Positions 55,501 to 64,000 of a stretch of 64,000 nucleotides of DNA are shown here, one piece after another (the first letter of the stretch is position 1; each line of letters begins with the position of its first letter). The DNA is from Eledone cirrhosa (taxonomy: Eukaryota): positions 127,162,001 to 127,226,000 of the forward strand of contig OZ024741.1 in the NCBI GenBank assembly GCA_964016885.1. The letters run 5' to 3'. The position numbers and the translations under genes were made by a program. Under the pieces are notes generated by a model. The model made no database searches and was not told where the DNA came from. It saw only the letters and a program-made list of their open reading frames with translations.

Positions 55501-55590
55501 AAGAAGAAGAAGAAGAAGAAGAAGAAGAAGAAGAAGAAGAAGAAGAAGAAGAAGAAGAAGAAGAAGAAGAAGAAGAAGAAGAAGAAGAAG
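55461..55590. repeat. (AAG)n microsatellite
   Basis: Direct reading. Confidence 0.95.
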
Positions 55591-56050
55591 GTTGTTGGTT
55601 CTATCCCACTGCGTGGCATCTTGAGCAAGTGCAGTTTACTAACAGAAATTTGGGCAGACACAATCTGTTTGGAAGTTCGATGTGTTGTACATCTAATTTA
55701 AAAATCCAACTTAATCACACATTTGAATCTATCTGAGATATACGTGTCTCTGGAATACTCTGTTACTTTCTTTGGTAATATTGTACATTGTATTACATGT
55801 GTCTGTGGAATACTCAACCACCTTTTCGTAGTATTATAAAGAAATCATTATTAAATAAATAAAGAAAGAAATAATTATACCTGTAATTTAAAGAGCTAGC
55901 TTTGACATACACTATATCTCACTGGATTTCTTTGTGAATTACATTAAGGGTACACGTGTCAGTAGAATGATCAGCCACTCTCACTATAATAAAAAATAAA
56001 ATATATATACCTGTAATTCACACGTAGCTGTACATAAATTTCATGATAAC

Positions 56051-56242
56051 AGACCTGCCAACCTCTAAAAGCCCAAACGGGGAATACCATGAAAAAAAGG
56101 GTCCAAAAACGAGAAGAAATGAGGAGAAATGGGCAGATTTTACATAATGAAAGCTATACGCATTTTCACAAGAGAAGACGTCTCTCACCCACACCAAAGT
56201 GGTGGGATGTCTCCCCGTCGGACGGGAGGAGTTGACAGGTCT
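56051..56242. mobile_element. hAT-type MITE
   Basis: TIR agacctgccaac versus gttgacaggtct; 8-bp TSD atgataac/atgataag. Confidence 0.75.
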
Positions 56243-56506
56243 ATGATAAGGCTGTTCTTGTGGTCATCCCAATCGCAGTTACTAAGTAGATGGTACGTGG
56301 ACCCAGGATGTCAGAGATTTTCACCAGAATAGGTTCAATGATAAACCTATTAGAGAGCGACTGGTAATTTAACAACCTGCGGTCTTCAATATGTTAGACA
56401 ACTAAACCTGCGTGAATTACTGAATGTACCAGATTACTGCTGGAAAATGTATCTCTGCATGTCGTGACACAGATGACGAGTTACCACTAGATGCAGGGCT
56501 TGTGAT

Positions 56507-56811
56507 CAAGGCTGGATGATTTAATGAGGAGCAAAGGAGACAATTGCCCCGGGACCCCTACAGTGGGAAGGGGGCACCAGCGACAGCCGTAGCAATTTAT
56601 TTGTGCCCTCAGCTGGGGTTTTAGTTTTAAGATTTAATACCTGTATATATAATTTTTCATTTCCAATTACTTGCGCCAAGCTAACTTTGATATGTAAAAT
56701 TAGGGAGTTTGCTGTGTATTCTAATTTTTTTGTGTATGACCCCCATCCCCCAAAATCCCACCGCTAAAAACTGAAGTGCTCCCGAGATCCCAAGGTCTAA
56801 ATCCTACCCTG
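56507..56811. mobile_element. hAT-type MITE
   Basis: Perfect 8-bp TSD cttgtgat (56499-506 and 56812-819); imperfect TIRs caaggctggat and atcctaccctg. Confidence 0.75.
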
Positions 56812-57744
56812 CTTGTGATGTCTTTTGGCCATTTGCCGACCCTTCGATCTAACCCCATCGGTTCAAGTTGCGATGGAAAACCAGTTGCGAGCGGCACGCG
56901 GTATGACTACGGGTGAAAACCGAAAGCGTCTATCGTAAACATACAACAGCATTTGTGTTGCAAATGTAAATTATTAATGAAATTACAACCTACATACATT
57001 CCATAACTAACTTAGAAATAGTCATAAAATCCCTAGATGATTGCAGCCAAATAATTAATTTAATATAAGAAGGTAACAAAGTATTTTCGGCGACTTTACG
57101 CAATAAGATTATAGTCTCTAGACGCTTGTATTTCGTTAAACACAGAAAACAATTTCAAATATGTCCACTTAATTGAACAATGTGCTACTGATATGACCAA
57201 TAAATTTGATAACAGCAAATTTCACATTCAAATCTAATTGTAGTCTGCATCTAAGATTATTCTGTAAATTTATAATTAATCCCTTGAAAATTACTAAAAG
57301 AGACATTTAAGCACACTTTAATTTATTTAATATTTTGATTAATTTCTTCATGAGTTTTTGTTGTTTTATGGAGCCAAGTCGCCTTTGGTCGATCTAACCT
57401 CAATTCCATGACCTTCCAGTCATGACAGCTATTATTCCACATGTAATACATTGAACACTATGCTGCCTAAACTGTTCTGGTGTTTTAAAGACAGCAAGAT
57501 GGGGTCTGGAGGAGATTAGGCTGTGGCAAAATTAATCTCGGTAAGATTTGAACTCAGAGAACAGAGAGCCGGAACAAACACAACAGAAAGTCTCACAAGA
57601 CACATTCTACTGTCCTTAACTACAACTATTGTTTTTATCAAATGAAATACGAAGCTACTTCGGTGGAATTTCAACTTAGAACACAGATACAATACAAATA
57701 CATAATGGACCTCGTCCGACAAATTTACAATTCCACTAATCCAA

Positions 57745-58488
57745 TATTTTATAAAGGCTTAGTGGTGGATAAAGGCGCCGACATTCTTAGGGAGACTTTG
57801 GTCATCGAGATAAACTCTACAGATATGGCAATGCCGTCAGTCGAGCCTGTCCGAGATGTGCACAAAGTGATGAAACCTTCCTGCAAGCCCTCGTTCAGTG
57901 TCCGAGTATTGCTGACTTGTGGGTTTATGTCGAACACCTGCTGTCACGTATATGACGGATTTGGCTACCAGCTGACTCTATCGTGAAGATCGCCTCACCG
58001 CCTTACTTTAGACGGGAAGGATATGCAGATTTTATCTGCCTGGTGGCCATGGTGAAAAAGGTCGTATGGTGGATGCGTTTGAAATGGTTGAAAACAAGCA
58101 CTCCCTCTTCAGCGAAGCCCTGATTCACTTTTTCAGGTTTCACTTGAAGAGGAGAATCGGGGTGGATAGATAAGGGCTGCTTTCCAAGTATTTTGTTGAA
58201 AGGTGCGTCAGATTGGTGAGCATAGCCCGAATGAATAGGCCTTCTCTGAATATGCACCTGTAGATTGGAGGGCAACTGGGGGGGGGGGGGTACTTCCCCT
58301 AGCGGTCAGGGTGTCCGAGGCTTTTTGTGGGCTTCTTCCACGAGTGACCCTCAGAGGTTTGTTGTTTTTAATGTTTATTTTTTTAATTTTATTATAACCA
58401 TTTTTACAGGAAAGCCCACACTACATCATCCTGTGCCGTCTTTAGTGTTTTTTTAATGTCAGCCTTGTGTTGCCCATAAAGAAACCAT
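57745..58488 (+). mobile_element. L1/Tx1-like ORF2 3' fragment plus UTR
   Basis: Zinc knuckle ACPRCAQSDETFLQALVQCP, then FICLVAMVKKVVWWMR..FFRFHLKRRI..SIARMNRPSLNMHL*; tail gtcagccttgtgttgcccataaagaaac. Confidence 0.78.
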
Positions 58489-58489
58489 T

Positions 58490-58675
58490 GTGGATTGGCA
58501 GTATCAGTAGAGGGTCGGACGCCATGCTTTCTAGCGTAGTTACGTCCCTTTACGATCTGAGTTCAAATCCCGCCGAGGTTGACTTTGCCTTTTATCCTTA
58601 CGGGGTCGATAAAATAAAGTACCAGTAATACACTGGGGTAATTGCTGGCCTTGTGCCTAAAATAGAAACAATTAT
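58490..58675 (+). mobile_element. SINE family 1, short form
   Basis: Full head and body with (TTA)n tail. Confidence 0.88.
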
Positions 58676-58839
58676 TATTATTATTATTTAATTGTTGTTT
58701 TGTTTATTTGTTTTTGTCATTCTAGCAGAAGGCATTCTCGTTTAATGAAGTTATTCACACAAACACACTCATACGAACACATCCACACACACACACATAC
58801 ACACACCACACACATGCACGCATACATACACACACACAT

Positions 58840-58879
<40 letters not shown>

Positions 58880-58937
58880 GTATATAAATATATATACATA
58901 TGCATACATATGTGTATATATATATATATACATATGT

Positions 58938-58970
<33 letters not shown>

Positions 58971-59050
58971 CGTACATATATATATATACATATATATATA
59001 TACATACATATATATATATATACATAGGTACATACATATACATATGTACG

Positions 59051-59111
<61 letters not shown>

Positions 59112-59130
59112 TTATGTATATATATATATA

Positions 59131-59186
<56 letters not shown>

Positions 59187-59451
59187 CGTACATATATATA
59201 TACATACGTACATATATACATACGTACATTTATATATGTATGTATGTGTGTATAATTAAAGTTCTGTGTGAACGTCTATATGAGAAAGAGAGACAGTATA
59301 GCTACTGTTAGCATCTTTAAGACACATGTTGTATAATACACTAGACAGCAAATGTATTTGGCCCAATTTAGTAATGAAATATATATAATATATATTCCAT
59401 CTTTCTCTAGAATAATTTGGGAAGTCAATGTCAGTGTTGGTAAAAGCAGTG

Positions 59452-60430
59452 AAGGCGTGTGGCTTAGTGGTTAGGGTGTTCGTAAGGTCGCTGGTTCGGT
59501 TCCCAGTAATGTGTTGTGTCCTTGAGCAAGACACTTTATTTTACGTTGCTCCGCTCCACTGTACCTGGAATTCAAAGGACCGGCCTTCACACACATCACA
59601 CATTGTGCCATGTTTATTCTCCTCAAGAATTGCATTATGGGAATACGCAGTCACTTACAATATAATACAAGATGGAATGCACCTGCAATTCAAAGATCCA
59701 ACATCGTCACATATTTGGTCACACTGAATCTCCCTGGGGGCTACGTTTAGAGTACACGAATCTGTGGAATACTCAGCCACATACAATATAATACAAGACG
59801 GACTGTACCTAAAATTCAAAGAGCCAGCTTTGCCACATCTTCTATCACATTGAATCTCCCTGAGAGCTACGTTTATAGCCTACGTATCTGTGGAATATTC
59901 AGCCACATACAATATAATTGGTTCTACTTTTGACACAAGGCCAGCAATTACCCAGTACATTACTGGTACTTTATTTTATCGACCCGTAAGGATGAAAGGC
60001 AAAGTAAACCTTTGCGGGATTTGAACTCAGATCATAAAGGGACGTAACTCTATGCTTCAAAGCATGGCGTCCGACTCTCTACCAATACTGCCAATCCACC
60101 ACATACAATATAATACAAGACGGACTGTACCTAAAATTCAAAGAACCAGCTTTGCCACATCCTCTATCACATTGAATCTCCCTGAGAGCTACGTTTATAG
60201 CCTACGTATCTGTGGAATATTCAGCCAGATACAATATAATACAAGACGGACACTACCTGAAATTCAAAAGACCAGCTTTGTCACATCTTCTATCACACTG
60301 AATCTCCCTGAGAGCTAATTCAAGAGTACACATGACTGTGGAAAACTCAGCCATATGCATGTTAATTTCACGAGCAACCTGTTCCATTGACTGAAATAAC
60401 TATAACACTCATCGTCGAAAGCGATGCAGG
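59452..60430 (+). mobile_element. SINE with CORE-like head and a tandemly amplified (about 125-bp) family 3 body
   Basis: Head ggcgtgtggcttagtggttaggg; unit aatacaagacggactgtacc..gaatctccctgagagctacg..tcagcca repeated about 5 times. Confidence 0.75.
59919..60098 (-). mobile_element. SINE family 1 nested insertion
   Basis: Reverse-complement copy with 16-bp TSD ccacatacaatataat (59903-918 and 60099-114). Confidence 0.88.
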
Positions 60431-60522
60431 ATCCACATTATTCCATTACAGAAGTAAATGTGTAATTTTTGTTTTGATGATTTTATTTCCAATTTCCATC
60501 GTAGAAGCTGTTTCAGTCAAAT

Positions 60523-60592
<70 letters not shown>

Positions 60593-60610
60593 CACTGACA
60601 CACGTGTGTG

Positions 60611-60677
<67 letters not shown>

Positions 60678-60681
<4 letters not shown>

Positions 60682-61096
60682 CACATGCGCAAACTAAGCA
60701 CACAACACACACAAAAACAAGATGGCATAGGACAGAACAAAGGAGAGGCACAAAAACAAAGAAAAGAATCCCAGTCACTGAAGAGGTCACAGAATGTGTG
60801 ACGAAAGAACTTTGACAATATATGAACAGCCGTCCGGTTGTGGAACCAACCAACCAGAAATTTATAAATTCTTAAATTTATAAATTTAACTTATAATAAA
60901 TTGGAGTGAAAGCAACTGGTGCGTGTGTTACTTATTGGCAACATGACCCTCCCAAAGCATAACAATATCGGTTTCAACACACGTTTTCTGATAAAGAATC
61001 TTGCTAAACAAATTCAGAAACGAAATATATATATATGCTTTTTATGTTTGTATGCATATGTTTTTATATATACATATATTATGTGTATACATTGAC

Positions 61097-61128
<32 letters not shown>

Positions 61129-61959
61129 ATAATAATAAAATTGAAGATTAAAATCCAGAGAGGGCTCGATAAGGAAAATATATATCAAATATATAAGAAC
61201 CGAAGAGCAAATATTTATTAAAATAACAGATTAAAGTTTAAGCAAAGAATCGCTGCTTTCACCCTTAACGGGATCTTCTGAAACTAACAAAGTCAATCTG
61301 TAAACGCAGAACTGGATATTTCAAAAAACGTTGCAACCGGAGGAAGACAGGAAGACGATACTTTGGTTCATGGTGACGTTCGCTGGCAAAGAACGGGAAA
61401 AAACAAATAATTGTTTCTACTTTAGGCACAAGGCCAGCAATTACCCAGTACATTACTGGTACTTTATTTTATCGACCCCGTAAGGATGAAAGGCAAAGTC
61501 AACCTCGAATACGTCATTAATAGGAGCGGTGAAAAACAATTACGTGCAAGGACAGAACCACGTTTATGGTATAAAAGAGGTCGTAGACTAATGTTCTCTA
61601 AGTGGTGCATAGAGACGTTCTCTGGCAATGAACGAAAAAACGAAGATAATAAGTCATATGTGGAGCGTGGAGAACAATAGCGTGCAAAGACAAAACCACG
61701 TAAATGGTATAGCAGAAGTCGTCAGCGAACGTCACCATGAACCAAAGTATCGTCTTCCTGTCTTCCTCCGGTTGCAACGTTTTTTGAAATATCCAGTTCT
61801 GCGTTTACAGATTGACTTTGTTAGTTTCAGAAGATCCCGTTAAGGATGAAAGCAGCGATTCTTTGCTTAAACTTTAATCTGTTATTTTAATAAATATATA
61901 TACTGTATATATATATATATTATTGGTTGTCTCAATCGAATCACATTTACACACACACT

Positions 61960-61995
<36 letters not shown>

Positions 61996-62003
61996 CACTG
62001 ACA

Positions 62004-62085
<82 letters not shown>

Positions 62086-62585
62086 AGTGTGTGTGTAAAT
62101 GTGATTCGATTGAGACAACCAATAATATATATATATATACAGTATATATATATATATATGTGTCAATGTATACACATAATATATGTATATATAAAAACAT
62201 ATGCATACAAACATAAAAAGCATATATATATATTTCGTTTCTGAATTTGTTTAGCAAGATTATTTATCAGAAAACGTGTGTTGAAACCGATATTGTTATG
62301 CTTTGGGAGGGTCATGTTGCCAATAAGAAACACACGCACCAGTTACTTTCACTCCAATTTATTATAAGTTAAATTTATAAATTTAAGAATTTATAAATTT
62401 CTGGTTGGTTGGTTGGTTCCACAACCGCACGGCTGTTCATATATTGTCAAAGTTCTTTCGTCACACATTCTGTGACCTCTTCAGTGAGTGGGATTCTTTT
62501 CTTTGTTTTTGTGCCTCTCCTTTGTTCTGTCCTATTCCATCTTGTTTTTGTGTGTGTTGTGTGCTTAGTTTGCGCATGTGTTACA
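60678..62585. mobile_element. 1.9-kb nested palindrome: family A arms around inverted Helitron-derived blocks and a SINE piece
   Basis: 60678-61127 versus 62139-62585; 61212-61386 versus 61720-61897; 61900-61965 versus 62080-62146. HHRs at 60774-60816(+) and 62446-62487(-). Confidence 0.85.
60774..60816 (+). ncRNA. Minimal hammerhead (family A); further copies at 62446-62487(-) and 62784-62826(+)
   Basis: gtca CTGAAGA g gtcaca gaatg tgtgac GAAA gaac TT tgac. Confidence 0.78.
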
Positions 62586-62629
62586 TCCGGGTGTCTGTGT
62601 GTGTTTATATATGTTTATTTATTTGTTTA

Positions 62630-62732
62630 TACATTTTTAGGGGGCACCTGGCATATATACACACACACATACACACACATATATAGTGGTAAGAAACTCT
62701 TAGGAGAGCTGGACAGCGAGAGGCTCTTACCA

Positions 62733-62773
<41 letters not shown>

Positions 62774-63537
62774 AGAATCCCCAGTCACTGAAGAGGTCAC
62801 AGAATGTGTGACGAAAGAACTTTGACAATATATGAACAGCCGTCCGGTTGTGGAACCAACCAACCAACCGGAAATTTATAAATTCTTAAATTTATAAATT
62901 TAACTTACAATAAATTGGAGTGAAAGTAACTGGTGCGTGTGTTTCTTATTGGCAACATGACCCTCCCAAAGCATAACAACATATATATATATATATATAC
63001 ATACATATACATAGAGAGATAGAGGGGGAGAGAGAGAGATGCGCATGTGCGTGCGTGGAGGTGTGTGGAGATATATTTATCTATACAAATGCAATTCTGT
63101 TTATGTACATAGGATGTGTATGTATAGTGTACACACAGACCCAGATACACACGCACACCGATATATATATGTGTGTGTGTGTGTGCGTGAGTGTATGTGC
63201 GTGAGTATGTGTGCGTGAGTGTGTGTGCGTGAGTAGGTGTGTGTCTGTGTGTGTGCAATCACATCTATATACAAACACACACACAAACACACATATATAT
63301 ATATATGTGTGTTTGTATATAGATGTGATTGCACACACACACACACACATATATGTGTGTGTGTGTGTGTGTGTGTGCAATCACACCTATATACAAACAC
63401 ATACACACACATACACACACACACACACACAGTGGTAAGAGCCTCTCGCTGTCCAGCTCTCCTAAGAGTTTCTTACCACTATATATGTGTTTGTATGTGT
63501 GTGTGTATATATACCAGGTGCCCCCTAAAAATGTATA
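62630..63537. repeat. Inverted duplication (62630-62735 versus 63430-63537) enclosing a third family A arm (62773-62980)
   Basis: Direct reverse-complement match including the agtggtaaga..tcttaccact mini-hairpin. Confidence 0.82.
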
Positions 63538-63590
63538 CACACTTTGATTAGAGTGCTGTTGAAGTGCGTATACATTTTTGGGACACACTG
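63514..63590. mobile_element. Tiny Tc1/mariner-like MITE
   Basis: Imperfect TIRs ccaggtgccccctaaaaatgtatacacactt versus aagtgcgtatacatttttgggacacactg, in TA/TG context. Confidence 0.6.
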
Positions 63591-63794
63591 TGTATATATA
63601 TATATATAGTAAAATAACAAAAACAGTTATGGACGCTTGGTCTCACTAATATTCGAGGTAATAAAACTTCCAATAAAATTTTCAGGTTTTATTGCACGCT
63701 CAGCTGAAAAACTTATTTTAAAACCAATTATTCCACGCCGAATTTTATATAATTGCCTATAACACAACATATACAGACGCTTCTGGATATATAG

Positions 63795-63921
<127 letters not shown>

Positions 63922-64000
63922 CGCGTGCGCGTGCGCGTGTGTGTGTGTGTGTGTGTTTAAAGGAAGTAATTTCTCAGAGTAAGTGTAGTGGTGAAAGTTA

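Overview
AT-rich animal non-coding DNA saturated with microsatellites. The SINE families and repeat landscape look cephalopod (octopus-like); this is an inference from pattern recognition, not a database result. I find no host protein-coding exon, rRNA, tRNA or CRISPR array, and nearly all long ORFs in the track are microsatellite artefacts. Real coding remnants all belong to mobile elements: Penelope-like elements (PLEs; one Neptune-type, two large and two small Hydra-type), R4/Dong-like RT-RLE retrotransposons, a CRE-like RLE fragment, L1/Tx1 and RTE 3' ends, and a Helitron helicase remnant. There are also many SINEs and Tc1/mariner and hAT MITEs. The main hidden signal is about 20 minimal hammerhead-ribozyme (HHR) motifs from roughly 10 unrelated sequence families. 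Most sit in short non-coding fold-back (head-to-head inverted) cassettes inserted into (TA)n tracts. The two arms of a cassette often end at different TA microhomologies, and many inversion junctions fall in or beside the ribozyme core, which suggests twin-primed PLE or retrozyme integration. Notable cases are a 468-bp partially tandem retrozyme-like unit (21903-22760), U3-A8 core variants, and nested kb-scale palindromes. All folds and coordinates were read by eye and may be off by a few bases.
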